NCBI GenBank assembly: GCA_963768425.1 | Contig: CAVYHV010000006.1 | Location: forward strand, 224,001 to 288,000 | Origin: Candidatus Bathyarchaeota archaeon | Lineage (GTDB): Archaea; Thermoproteota; Bathyarchaeia; Bathyarchaeales; Bathycorpusculaceae | Direction of reading: 5' to 3' | Length of the DNA: 64,000 bases | In this document: positions 38,281-47,891 of the stretch, one piece after another | Numbering within the stretch: the stretch's first letter is position 1 | Layout: every line of letters begins with the position of its first letter | The notes under the pieces: model-generated | Seen by the model: the letters and a program-made list of their open reading frames with translations, nothing else | Databases searched by the model: none | Told to the model about the DNA's origin: nothing | Translations under genes and position numbers: made by a program

Positions 38281-38883
38281 ATGCTTATTGAGACCTTCAT
38301 GGTTGGCGGTTTATCGACAAACTGCTACGTCGTTAGCTCCCAGCAAACCAAAGACGCAATCATAATCGACCCAGGCATAGACCTAATTTTAGAAGCAGAC
38401 CAAATCTTCGACTACATTGCTGAAGCAGAGTTGAAGGTGAAGATGATTGTGAACACGCATGGGCATTCAGATCACATAAACGGCGACGCCATTTTTCAAG
38501 AAAAATACGATGTGCCCATCTGCATTCACCGTCTGGACGCGGCTTCTCTTGCGGTTTTGGAAAACATGAATTTTCCGTCGAGTATCCTTTTGGATGATGG
38601 CAGCTTGGTCAATTTTGGAAACAGCTCACTAAAAGTCATGCATACGCCGGGTCATACACCTGGCAGCATCTGCCTTCTTGGAACAAAGCTGGTTTTCACT
38701 GGTGACACATTGTTTGCGGGCGGGATAGGCCGAACCGATTTTCCAGGTGGCTCTTACAGCGAAATGCAATTATCTCTTCAAAAACTGCAGGGTTTGCCTG
38801 ATAACTACTTAATTTACCCCGGTCATGGACCCACATCAATAATAGGAGAAGAAAAAAGGGTCAATCCATTCTTGACGAGTTGA
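38281..38883 (+). CDS. Metallo-beta-lactamase-fold hydrolase (glyoxalase II-like)
   Basis: THGHSDH, HTPGHTPG, FTGDTLF, PGHG. Confidence 0.92.
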   Translation: MLIETFMVGGLSTNCYVVSSQQTKDAIIIDPGIDLILEADQIFDYIAEAELKVKMIVNTHGHSDHINGDAIFQEKYDVPICIHRLDAASLAVLENMNFPSSILLDDGSLVNFGNSSLKVMHTPGHTPGSICLLGTKLVFTGDTLFAGGIGRTDFPGGSYSEMQLSLQKLQGLPDNYLIYPGHGPTSIIGEEKRVNPFLTS

Positions 38884-38895
38884 CTTTCAAAAAGA

Positions 38896-39636
38896 CTATT
38901 TTGCACATGCAATCAGGATAAGCCTGTTCGAGTCAAGGCTAAATTGTTGCCCCTCGTAGCCGCCGATGACCCGCGTGACTACAAAGCCAGCTTGCTTAAG
39001 CAAATCCCGCAAAACTTGGGACTGATACAAACGTACGGTATGCCTGAAAATCCTTATTTTCCCATCTGCCTTTCCGCAGACCGTCCATAAATCTCGGAGC
39101 TTTAAGCCATTTTTATCGATGGTGCGCTTTTGCGAAAGAGAAAAACTCGGGTATTCTCGAGGTTTAGAATTGACTGGCTGCTTGGCTGCGTTTTTTTGCA
39201 TCAGTTGCTTCCGATTGAAAACGTCAATGATCAATACCCCGCCTTTCTGTATTGTTTGGTGCAGTTCCAAAAGGCTTTCCGTATCCTCCTCTTCAGTTGG
39301 CAAATAACCAAAGCTTGTGTCCATACTTACCGCTGCGGCGAAAGTCTGTGGCTTAAAGGGCAGATGCCGCATGTCCGCTTTTACCAGCTGCATGCTGCTG
39401 AGTCTGGTTTTTGCTATTTTGAGAAGATTTGGCGAGATGTCTAACCCAACAACGTCGTATCCTTCTTTGCTCAGAGGGATTGCGTGCCTTCCCGTTCCGC
39501 AAGCAACATCCAAAATTATCCCTTGTAGCTTTAGGATGTTTCTTATGAATTTTACTTGTTTTTCTGTTTGGTTTTGGTCAGCTATTTCCGCCCAGCAAAC
39601 GTTCATCCGGTCAAAAACGTTCAGGAAGTGCTTCAT
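38896..39636 (-). CDS. Class I SAM-dependent methyltransferase
   Basis: ILDVACGTGRH. Confidence 0.88.
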   Translation of the reverse strand: MKHFLNVFDRMNVCWAEIADQNQTEKQVKFIRNILKLQGIILDVACGTGRHAIPLSKEGYDVVGLDISPNLLKIAKTRLSSMQLVKADMRHLPFKPQTFAAAVSMDTSFGYLPTEEEDTESLLELHQTIQKGGVLIIDVFNRKQLMQKNAAKQPVNSKPREYPSFSLSQKRTIDKNGLKLRDLWTVCGKADGKIRIFRHTVRLYQSQVLRDLLKQAGFVVTRVIGGYEGQQFSLDSNRLILIACAK

Positions 39637-39710
39637 TTTTCATCAAAACACGCTTGATTAAACTACCGTTTGGTTGAATTTAGCTTTTTCACGTATGCAC
39701 TGGCACCATT

Positions 39711-39813
39711 AACTGTGTCTGAAATTGTCTATTAATGTCTAAAAATGTCTCAACATGCAACTGACTCAAGATCTGTTTCAAAAAAGAAGCTAAAAATAAC
39801 TTGTTCAAAAATT
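39711..39813 (+). repeat. 4 x 10-bp units ending TGTCT + module C box
   Basis: AACTGTGTCT GAAATTGTCT ATTAATGTCT AAAAATGTCT, then CAACATGCAA...TTTCAAAAAAG...AAAAATT. Confidence 0.7.
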
Positions 39814-39969
39814 GCCAACGCAACTATTTTCTTTCATAGACCTACCCGCTGAAATATCAAAGCTAACCACAAGCCTTTGCACGAATTTAAAGCTGAAAAC
39901 TCGGGAACCTTTTTCGAGCCGCTTAAATATCCTTGCCGCTTACTCTCTAATCCGCTGGAGAACGAGGCT

Positions 39970-40659
39970 TTGAGTGAAAAGCAGGATTGGCAACATCTTT
40001 ACATGCTTCTGAGGCTTGCGGAGATGGGGGCTTACCGTCGAACCGCCAAAATCTCAACTGAATATTTGGCGGGTAAACTTGGGTTTTCCCAGCAGACCGC
40101 GTCACGTTACCTAATAGAGCTTGAACGTAAAGGATGGATTCAACGCAACATCACCCCAGAAGGCAGCTTAATTCGAATTGAAGAGCCGGGTGGTAAGGAA
40201 CTGCAGAAACTTTATTCAAGCCTTAAGTTTCTGGTCGAGAAATCGTACCCGCCCTCAGTGACCTTGGAGGGAACAGTCTTTACCGGACTGGGTGAAGGCG
40301 CATACTATATTTCGAAGGAAAATTATCGAAAGCAATTTGCGGAAAAACTGGGTTTTGATCCTTACCCTGGAACCCTCAACCTCAAGTTGACAGCGGATTA
40401 CGACATCAAAACCCGGATGGAACTGGAGGCATACCCAGCTGTCGAAGTGACGGGTTTCAAGAATGAGGACCGTTCCTTCGGGCTTGTGAAATGCTATCCC
40501 GCAGTAATCGGCAACAAGGTTAAAGGCGCTCTGGTAACGGCGCTACGTAGCCACTACGATGTTTCGGTCTTGGAAATCATTGCGCCCGTATGCTTAAGGA
40601 AGCAGCTCAACATTAAAGATGGCAACAAAGTAAAAGTGGAAATTTACATCGCACCGTAG
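39970..40659 (+). CDS. ribK: CTP-dependent riboflavin kinase with N-terminal HTH
   Basis: SQQTASR HTH, GLGEGAYY, PYPGTLN. Confidence 0.95.
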   Translation: MSEKQDWQHLYMLLRLAEMGAYRRTAKISTEYLAGKLGFSQQTASRYLIELERKGWIQRNITPEGSLIRIEEPGGKELQKLYSSLKFLVEKSYPPSVTLEGTVFTGLGEGAYYISKENYRKQFAEKLGFDPYPGTLNLKLTADYDIKTRMELEAYPAVEVTGFKNEDRSFGLVKCYPAVIGNKVKGALVTALRSHYDVSVLEIIAPVCLRKQLNIKDGNKVKVEIYIAP

Positions 40660-40664
40660 CCTAC

Positions 40665-41285
40665 CTAAAATGGGTAAAGCGGATTCTTATATTTGACAGA
40701 GTACTCCTGCTGCGGTTTGCGCCTGGTGGCTATCCAGTAGCCAACTATTAAGCCGAAGCCTAAGCCGCCTATGTGCGCCAAATCGTTGACTCCGGCGCTT
40801 AATCCGCTTATTAGTAGTAGGAAGAAAGCGTAAACGAGCGCCCCAACGATAGATTGCCGAACGGAATGTCTATCGTAAATGACACATGCTCCGAAAAGCG
40901 CGAAGATTGCGCCTGAAGCTCCTACAGAGAGAAATTCTGGCCCAAAAGCTAACGAAAGAACATTGCCCGCCAAGCCTCCCACAAGGTAGATTCCCAGGTA
41001 CTCGGGTAGCGAAAACATTTCTTCTGCTCTTAACCCGAATATGAAGAGAAACAGCATGTTGCCCACGAGATGGGGTATTGAGGCGTGGATGAACGTAGAT
41101 GTGAAAAGCTGGTAGTATGCGCCGTGCAGTACTTCGATGTTCCATTGGTACAGAGGTGGAATGCCGGCAAGGTTTGTGGTTAGTGCGTTGCCTCCGACTA
41201 TGGATGTGTAAATGTACATTGCCGTGTTTAGGGCTATGAGGATAATTGTCGGCTTGTACTTTTCGCTATTCATCGGGTTAACCAA
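40665..41285 (-). CDS. Rhomboid intramembrane serine protease
   Basis: HLVGNM, GASG, AHIGG. Confidence 0.92.
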   Translation of the reverse strand: MVNPMNSEKYKPTIILIALNTAMYIYTSIVGGNALTTNLAGIPPLYQWNIEVLHGAYYQLFTSTFIHASIPHLVGNMLFLFIFGLRAEEMFSLPEYLGIYLVGGLAGNVLSLAFGPEFLSVGASGAIFALFGACVIYDRHSVRQSIVGALVYAFFLLLISGLSAGVNDLAHIGGLGFGLIVGYWIATRRKPQQEYSVKYKNPLYPF

Positions 41286-41287
41286 AC

Positions 41288-41749
41288 TTAACTTGAGAGC
41301 TTATCGATTATTTCCTGCTTAATCTTTGTTGAACTATCTAAAGTATTCTCCCCAAACTTTCCGATCCTAACGACTTCAACCTTCAAACCGTGGGTTTTCA
41401 CGTAACTTAAAACCTGCTTAAACATGTCCTGCTGGTCGTAACCTAACGCAATTACATCTGGCCTGATTGACTCAATGACTTCACCGATTTCAAATTCTTC
41501 ATATCCAAGCACCGCCCTATCTACAACCTTCAAGGATTCAACTAGCAGGCACCTTTCAGTCTCAGACATAATTGGTTTTCTGCCTTTGGTTTTCTCAACT
41601 GTGCTGTCCCTTGCAACAACAACAATCAACTCAGCGTTTTCTCCTCCTACCTTCTTGGCTTCCTCTAAAAACCTGACATGCCCCAGATGAAGCAGGTCAA
41701 ACACGCCTGAAGCTAAGACAACTTTTTTCTTTGCGGATTTGTCGGCCAT
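41288..41749 (-). CDS. ribL: FAD synthase
   Basis: GVFDLLHLGH, PDVIALGYDQ; close to ribK. Confidence 0.88.
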   Translation of the reverse strand: MADKSAKKKVVLASGVFDLLHLGHVRFLEEAKKVGGENAELIVVVARDSTVEKTKGRKPIMSETERCLLVESLKVVDRAVLGYEEFEIGEVIESIRPDVIALGYDQQDMFKQVLSYVKTHGLKVEVVRIGKFGENTLDSSTKIKQEIIDKLSS

Positions 41750-42000
41750 TCGAATTTCACAGCGCCTAACAACCTTAATGCGTCAAGGAGCCCTTCACAG
41801 TAAGCAACCGAGGTTAAGCTTGTTTCAAATTTTCCTTGAGCCTTATAATACTTTGCGTCTTCCAAATAATCGCATGCCCAACGAAGAACCTTCGTCGAAT
41901 CCGCCTCGGAAACTGTCACAGATTCTTTTGTCTGCAGCAGCTCCTTGAGCACTTTTTCCGCTGAGCCGATGTACTTTGCCGCAAGCATTTCCGAACTCAC
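41713..42000 (-). CDS. DUF357 protein
   Basis: YLEDAKYY...YCEGLLDALR; follows dph5. Confidence 0.85.
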   Translation of the reverse strand: MSSEMLAAKYIGSAEKVLKELLQTKESVTVSEADSTKVLRWACDYLEDAKYYKAQGKFETSLTSVAYCEGLLDALRLLGAVKFEWPTNPQRKKLS

Positions 42001-42794
42001 TTGGCAAGCCTCCTAAACTCTGCAGGAGCACCAGCAAAAGCAATCAAAGCTTCAACCTCCATAAAATGCATGTTGCCTGGAAGAATTAGGCTGTAAGGCG
42101 GCTCGCCAAAATCAAAAATCACAATGTTTTTGATGAAATCTGCCTTTAAAGTTGGAGTTTTGCTTCCCGCCCGAGCTACTCCAACTGCCGGCGTAGCAGG
42201 CGTCACTGCGCGCTCTCTCTTTTTCTTCTCAACTTCCAGAAGCATCTCCACAGCTTGGTTGATGCCTAGGAAATGCTTTTCAGGGGCTTTCAAATCCAGC
42301 AGGCAAAGCGTATGCAAACCCGCCTTCTTGTTTTGCGCGATGACATCGTATGGTGTTGCCGAATAATTTTCCGGAAAGGGAACGGTGACGGTCTTTCCAA
42401 ATTTATAATTGTGCAGCCCAGAGAGGCTAACAATCGCTGAAATAATCGATGCACCGTGAACAATGCGGGTTCTTATCCCCTTCTTCTCTGCGTCAATTCT
42501 TAATGTGACGTGGGTTGTGGCTATAAAAGGGTCGCCTGGGACAAGAAAAACGGTTTTACCTTTTTGGGCGGCCTGAATAATTGCTGCGGCGTTTTCCTCT
42601 TCTAAATCGCGCCTTGAAACCAATTGGACTTGCCTGCCGCATGTGTCTTCGAAGCGTTGCAGGTTGAAATCTGGCATGAAGCTCGTGTATGTTTCCATGA
42701 AAACGGTGTCTGCGCTTTTGGTTTCTTCTAAACCGCTGAGGCTGATGCCTTTTTCATCGTTTAACCCTAAGCCTACGAAGACAAGTTCCTTCAA
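41997..42794 (-). CDS. dph5: Diphthine synthase
   Basis: FVGLGL, GDPFIATTH, YKFGKTVT, GLHTLCLLD. Confidence 0.96.
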   Translation of the reverse strand: MKELVFVGLGLNDEKGISLSGLEETKSADTVFMETYTSFMPDFNLQRFEDTCGRQVQLVSRRDLEEENAAAIIQAAQKGKTVFLVPGDPFIATTHVTLRIDAEKKGIRTRIVHGASIISAIVSLSGLHNYKFGKTVTVPFPENYSATPYDVIAQNKKAGLHTLCLLDLKAPEKHFLGINQAVEMLLEVEKKKRERAVTPATPAVGVARAGSKTPTLKADFIKNIVIFDFGEPPYSLILPGNMHFMEVEALIAFAGAPAEFRRLAK

Positions 42795-42834
42795 GTTAAG
42801 TCCCCAATGGTATTGAGGGTTTAAAACTTAAACG

Positions 42835-43017
42835 TTATTTCTCTTTTATGTCGCCCTTTTCAATCAGCTTCTTGTAGTAAACTCGGCATGTTTCCATAGA
42901 AAGTCCCTGGCGCTGGCAGAACACTGAAAGGACCTCCTCAGTAGACTCCCTAGGCTTTTTCTCCTTAACCATTTCCCTCAATAAGTCTAAGTTATGCTTA
43001 TCTTGTGTATCACTCAT
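42835..43017 (-). CDS. Small hypothetical protein
   Basis: 60-aa ORF co-oriented upstream of dph5. Confidence 0.6.
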   Translation of the reverse strand: MSDTQDKHNLDLLREMVKEKKPRESTEEVLSVFCQRQGLSMETCRVYYKKLIEKGDIKEK

Positions 43018-43226
43018 AAACTAAAACCTACTAATTATTCTTCTTCTTCGACCCAAAAAAGCTTTTGTGTGCTACCGGAAGACAGGTAAGAAGGCATTTG
43101 TCTGTTTTGCCTTCAAAGTATCACAGCTTTGAACGGTCAGTGCAGACTTAACCAAACGTTTATATGATTTACGTTAAAGAGAAACCTACGCATTTCAGCC
43201 TTGATTGACTGAAGGATTGAAACCGA

Positions 43227-44363
43227 ATGAAGCCTGTTGAAAACTTGGCCAGAGACAGCATAAAAAACTTTAAGCCATGCGTCCACGGCGGCGAGGTTTT
43301 GGATGCGGCAGGCAAAAGTGGGCTGAGACGCGAGGAAATTTTGGATTTCAGTTCAAGCGTGAACCCTCTGGGTCCATCCAAGAAAGCGCTTGAAGCAGCA
43401 AAAAAAGCGTTCGCAGAAATTCCAGCTTACCCTGACTCAAATTCTAACGAGCTTAGGCAAGCCATCGCGGGCCACTTTAGCGAAATCAACAAAAACAACG
43501 TCGTCGTCGGAAACGGTTCTACAGAACTCATGTACCTGTTCGCTGAGGCTTTCCTGAGAAAAGACGAAATAGCACTAATTCCAGCGCCAACCTTCGGCGA
43601 ATACGAAAGCGCCGTAAGAAAAACAGGGGAAACAGCCAAATTCGTCAAGCTTGACCGGAACTTCAACATTAATCCGGAAACTTTAAATCGTGAAATGGCT
43701 GACGCCAAGATTGTTTTCTTATGCAACCCGAATAACCCAACCAGCATGCTCATCCCAAACCAAACTCTAACAGCCATAGTTGATCGAGCAATGGAGCAGG
43801 ATACTCTTGTTTTTCTCGACGAAGACTTTTTGGAGTTTGTGGAAAACGAAAAGACGTTGACCTTGATTGGCAAAATCAAATGTTACCCCAACCTGTTCAT
43901 CTTGAGGTCGTTCACCAAGATTTTCGGGTTAACTGGCTTGCGCGTTGGCTACGGAATCGCTAGCGAAGAAATCATCAATGTGCTTTCATGTGCAAAGATT
44001 CCTTGGAATGTCAACTGTTTAGCTCAGGCTGCCGCAGTCGAGGCGTTGAAAGACGAGGAGCACTTAAGGGTGACTCGGGAGCTTATCAAAAAAGAGAAAG
44101 GGCAGCTTTTGGCTGAGTTGGAAAAATTTGGTTCGTTCAAGGTTTACCCGGCTGACGCGAACTTTTTCTTTATCAACATCCGCAAGACGGGTTTAACTGC
44201 AACTGAGCTTGCTGGCAAGTTGCTTGCGCAGGGTATTTTGATTCGGGACTGCACTTCATTCCGTGGACTTGACCAATATTACGTCCGGGTAGCGGTGAAA
44301 ACCCACCATGAGAATAAATGTTTGATTGATGCTTTAACGCGGACAGTGAAGAACCAGCAATGA
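43227..44363 (+). CDS. cobD: Threonine-phosphate decarboxylase (HisC-like PLP enzyme)
   Basis: HGG, DFSSSVNP, CNPNNPT, RSFTKIFGLTGLRVGY; upstream of cbiB. Confidence 0.85.
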   Translation: MKPVENLARDSIKNFKPCVHGGEVLDAAGKSGLRREEILDFSSSVNPLGPSKKALEAAKKAFAEIPAYPDSNSNELRQAIAGHFSEINKNNVVVGNGSTELMYLFAEAFLRKDEIALIPAPTFGEYESAVRKTGETAKFVKLDRNFNINPETLNREMADAKIVFLCNPNNPTSMLIPNQTLTAIVDRAMEQDTLVFLDEDFLEFVENEKTLTLIGKIKCYPNLFILRSFTKIFGLTGLRVGYGIASEEIINVLSCAKIPWNVNCLAQAAAVEALKDEEHLRVTRELIKKEKGQLLAELEKFGSFKVYPADANFFFINIRKTGLTATELAGKLLAQGILIRDCTSFRGLDQYYVRVAVKTHHENKCLIDALTRTVKNQQ

Positions 44364-44376
44364 ACGGGTTTGATGA

Positions 44377-45363
44377 ATGCTAAGCATGTTTTCTTTTAAC
44401 ATCTTACTTTTTGTGGATTCCGCGCTGATTTTCATCTTAGCCTTTCTGATTGACATTGTGTTTGGGGAGTACCCTGACAAGATTCACCCAACAATAGGCA
44501 TAGGCAAAATTATTTCTTATCTAAAACCCAAACTGAAGAGCACCAACCCCAAAGTCGAGAAAGCAAACGGTGTCCTGCTAGCTCTGTTTGTCATGTTTAT
44601 TGTTGTGCTGCCAGTTTTTCTGCTGCTTTTCTGGGTCAGGCAATCCTTCGGTTTCTTCGGTCAAATAGCCTACATTATTGTCGGCGCAATTCTGTTCAAA
44701 GCTACGTTCGCAGTTAGAGGCATGGGTCAATACACTAAACCGATCGCAAATGCGCTGAAGAACAAAGATTTGACGGAAGCCCGAAGATGGTTGCCCTACA
44801 TAGTCAGAAGAGACCCAAATACCCTAAACGAGAAACAAGTTACTTCAGCCGCAGTCGAATCCATCGCCGAAAGCACAACCGACGGTATAACCGCGCCGTT
44901 CTTCTTCTTCGCCATATTTGGCGTTGCAGGCGCCTTCGCCTACCGTGTCGTTAACACTTTGGACTCGATGGTTGGATATAAGAACGAAGAAAACAGGAAC
45001 ATCGGTTGGTTCAGCGCAAACCTTGACACCATGACCAACTACATTCCAGCCAGGCTAACAGCTTACCTGATGGTTGCTGCCTCCTATCTCCTACGCGAGA
45101 ACTGGCGGGAATCGTGGCGCATACTGCAGCGAGACAAGGCCAAAACCGTCAGTGTAAACGCAGGCTGGACTATTTCAGCGATGGCTGGAGCATTAAACAC
45201 CCAGCTCGAGAAGCCAGGGCATTACGCGCTTGGTGACGACCATGGCATCAAGCCTGAACACATTGATAGGGCACTTCGAGTTATGACGTTGACAGCCGTC
45301 CTCTTTGGTGCAATTGCGGTCATGCCCATTTTAGCCTTGAGGATTTATATTACAGGTCTTTAG
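44377..45363 (+). CDS. cbiB: Adenosylcobinamide-phosphate synthase
   Basis: ESIAESTTDG, YRVVNTLDSMVGY, NYIPARLT. Confidence 0.93.
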   Translation: MLSMFSFNILLFVDSALIFILAFLIDIVFGEYPDKIHPTIGIGKIISYLKPKLKSTNPKVEKANGVLLALFVMFIVVLPVFLLLFWVRQSFGFFGQIAYIIVGAILFKATFAVRGMGQYTKPIANALKNKDLTEARRWLPYIVRRDPNTLNEKQVTSAAVESIAESTTDGITAPFFFFAIFGVAGAFAYRVVNTLDSMVGYKNEENRNIGWFSANLDTMTNYIPARLTAYLMVAASYLLRENWRESWRILQRDKAKTVSVNAGWTISAMAGALNTQLEKPGHYALGDDHGIKPEHIDRALRVMTLTAVLFGAIAVMPILALRIYITGL

Positions 45364-45474
45364 ACAGAAAGAACCGACTGAAGTCTGCAACTGGTTTCTT
45401 GAAGGTTCTTAAAGTTATAGTTGCATAGTTTTTATTTAGCTCGGCAACTGTTTATTGGTATCTGAGAGGGAACT

Positions 45475-46656
45475 TTGGGTTTGAATGGGAAGCCGCTCGT
45501 TACCATAATAGGTGCTGGCATGTCCAAGTTCGGCAAGCGTGATGGTTTACTTGCAAGAGAGATTTTTGCAGAAGCTGCAAAAGAAGCCTTCAACAGCTGC
45601 CCCAAACTTGACCCTAAAAGAGATATCAAAGCCATGTTCATCGGACAAATGGGCGAAGCTTATGAGCATCAGGGTCACATGGGAGCAACTATCGCAGATT
45701 GGGCAGGGCTCACAGGAGTTGCAGCCACGCGCACTGAGTCTGCTTGTGCTTCTTCAGGTGCTGCGTTACGTTCAGGGATATACGCTGCGATGTCCGGGCT
45801 TGCTGATGTGGTTTTAGTCGGCGGGGTCGAGAAAATGACTCATCGCACCACAGCTGAGGTAACTGAGTACTTGGCTATGGCGTCGGATTACCCGTTTGAA
45901 CAGTGGCATGGGATCACTTTCCCAGGTTTATACGCGATGATGGCGACTGCCCACATGCACGAGTACGGAACGACTGAGCAGCATATGGCGACGGTTGCCG
46001 TCAAAAACCATTTTCATGGAAGCTTAAATCCCAAAGCTCACCTGCAAAAAGAAATCACATTGCAAATCGCCATGAATTCACGCTACATTGCTTGGCCGCT
46101 CAAACTTTATGATTGCTCCCTGATTACCGACGGGGCGAGCTGCATAATCCTTACACGACCCGAATTAGCCAGCAAATACAGTGACCTGCCAGTGCATATC
46201 ATAGGTAGCGGACAAGCGACCGACACCATTGGCTTATACCAACGCCAAAGCCTGACTTCACTGAACGCCACTAAATTAGCTGCGAAGACAGCTTATGAAA
46301 TGGCTAACGTAAAGCCACGAGATATTAATCTAGCTGAAGTTCACGATTGTTTCACGTTTGCGGAACTCATGGCGTACGAAGACCTCGATTTCTGTCCAGT
46401 CGGCGAAAGCGGCAAACTAGTGGAAAGCGGCGAAACTCGCCTTGGCGGGCGAATTCCAGTTAACACCAGCGGCGGCTTAAAAGCAAAAGGTCACCCCGTA
46501 GGTGCCACAGGAACTGCACAGGCATACGAAGTTTACCTGCAGCTCACAGGTCAAGCTGGAAAACGTCAAGTCAAAGACGCCGAGGTAGGTTTAACACATA
46601 ATGTCGGCGGTTCAGGCGCAACCGCTGCCGTTCACATTTACAGGAGAGACCTATAG
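45475..46656 (+). CDS. Archaeal thiolase (acetyl-CoA acetyltransferase)
   Basis: ESACASS, EVHDCF, SGGLKAKGHPVGATG, HNVGG. Confidence 0.93.
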   Translation: MGLNGKPLVTIIGAGMSKFGKRDGLLAREIFAEAAKEAFNSCPKLDPKRDIKAMFIGQMGEAYEHQGHMGATIADWAGLTGVAATRTESACASSGAALRSGIYAAMSGLADVVLVGGVEKMTHRTTAEVTEYLAMASDYPFEQWHGITFPGLYAMMATAHMHEYGTTEQHMATVAVKNHFHGSLNPKAHLQKEITLQIAMNSRYIAWPLKLYDCSLITDGASCIILTRPELASKYSDLPVHIIGSGQATDTIGLYQRQSLTSLNATKLAAKTAYEMANVKPRDINLAEVHDCFTFAELMAYEDLDFCPVGESGKLVESGETRLGGRIPVNTSGGLKAKGHPVGATGTAQAYEVYLQLTGQAGKRQVKDAEVGLTHNVGGSGATAAVHIYRRDL

Positions 46657-47064
46657 TTGAGCACAATGGAACCCTTTTCAATCGAACAATTTTACAAGTT
46701 CCTGCAGCAGGACAAGTTGATGGCTGGAAAATGCCTCAAGTGCGGAAAAATCCATTTGCCACCTAGGCCTTTATGCGACAACTGTCTCTCACAAGAATTT
46801 GAATGGGTCAACATCTCAGGAAAAGGCAAATTGCTCACATACACAATCATAAACATCGCGCCTGAACAATTTCAGGCGTTAACACCCTATGCGGTAGGCA
46901 TCATCCAGCTTGAAGACGGTTTGAAGATTCCAGGCATGATCAACGGCGTAGCGAAGGAAAAGTTGAAGATAGGTATTGAGTTAACGGTGGATTTTGGCAC
47001 GTGCAGTACAACGCAGCAATGGCCACAGTGGCGCCGATACTGCTTTAAACCTTCGACGATTTAA
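46657..47064 (+). CDS. DUF35 Zn-ribbon/OB-fold thiolase partner
   Basis: KCLKCG..LPPRPLCDNC...GKGKLLTYT. Confidence 0.92.
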   Translation: MSTMEPFSIEQFYKFLQQDKLMAGKCLKCGKIHLPPRPLCDNCLSQEFEWVNISGKGKLLTYTIINIAPEQFQALTPYAVGIIQLEDGLKIPGMINGVAKEKLKIGIELTVDFGTCSTTQQWPQWRRYCFKPSTI

Positions 47065-47078
47065 GTAGCCAAAATTTT

Positions 47079-47606
47079 TTAGAAGTAGCTTTTGCGCCTA
47101 ACCCAAGCCCACGCAACAGTTACGAAAACCGGCAGAAGGGTAAGAATTACTACCACGTAGTTTAAGCGAGGGCTCAAACCGTAAGGAAAAGTAAAGCTCA
47201 CCAACAGGTCCCTAACGGTGAATTCCCACACAGCAATGTACGAAATGACGATTGTTACGACGAGGGCTAAAACTTCAATTTTGCGGGTATTATAGATTTC
47301 AAGAATATCTATGTGCGCGCGGTGCGATTCCGCTAGAACGCCAATATGGTCGTTTAGCTCTTCAATCGCGTCCCTGACCAAGAAATCCAATCTTGGATTT
47401 GCCTCTTTAATTTCTTCGCTGATATAGTCCCATTCATGGGACAAATCTAAAACAGCCAGTTTTTCTCTTTGAAGTTGCTTGTAATCCTCCCAAAGCTCGC
47501 GTTCATTGTTAGTTTCTTTACTTAGGGTAGGCTCAACTCTCGTCGTTGTTTCTTTTAGTGAATCCAAGAAACTAGCAATCTTATCATTTGTCTCCTTTTG
47601 TGCCAC
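47079..47606 (-). CDS. Hypothetical protein with two C-terminal TM helices
   Basis: Helical N-terminus and two hydrophobic segments (CorA-like topology). Confidence 0.6.
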   Translation of the reverse strand: MAQKETNDKIASFLDSLKETTTRVEPTLSKETNNERELWEDYKQLQREKLAVLDLSHEWDYISEEIKEANPRLDFLVRDAIEELNDHIGVLAESHRAHIDILEIYNTRKIEVLALVVTIVISYIAVWEFTVRDLLVSFTFPYGLSPRLNYVVVILTLLPVFVTVAWAWVRRKSYF

Positions 47607-47891
47607 CTTGTAGTTTATCTACTTCAGCTTTGATTTTCTCAAAGTCAAAGTGAACGCTATACTCACTTTGTGCCATTTCGACTCAACTTAACCGGAATTT
47701 GCTGCCCTAACCTACGTGTCAGCACATGACTGAAACTGAATCGTAAATAAAAATCATACTGAGCAAACTGCATGCAGGAGCCGCCAATTTTTGGTTGTAG
47801 TTCTATGGCAGTTCTGATGCTTGCGCCTGTGATCTTTTTTGAGACGTTAATTTTGAAAGGTTTAAATAAAAAATGCGTAATAATTTTGGGC

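Noticed and set aside
43080-43226. Cobalamin riboswitch before cobD-cbiB
   Set aside because: No GGGAA, GCCACTG or B12-box elements found.
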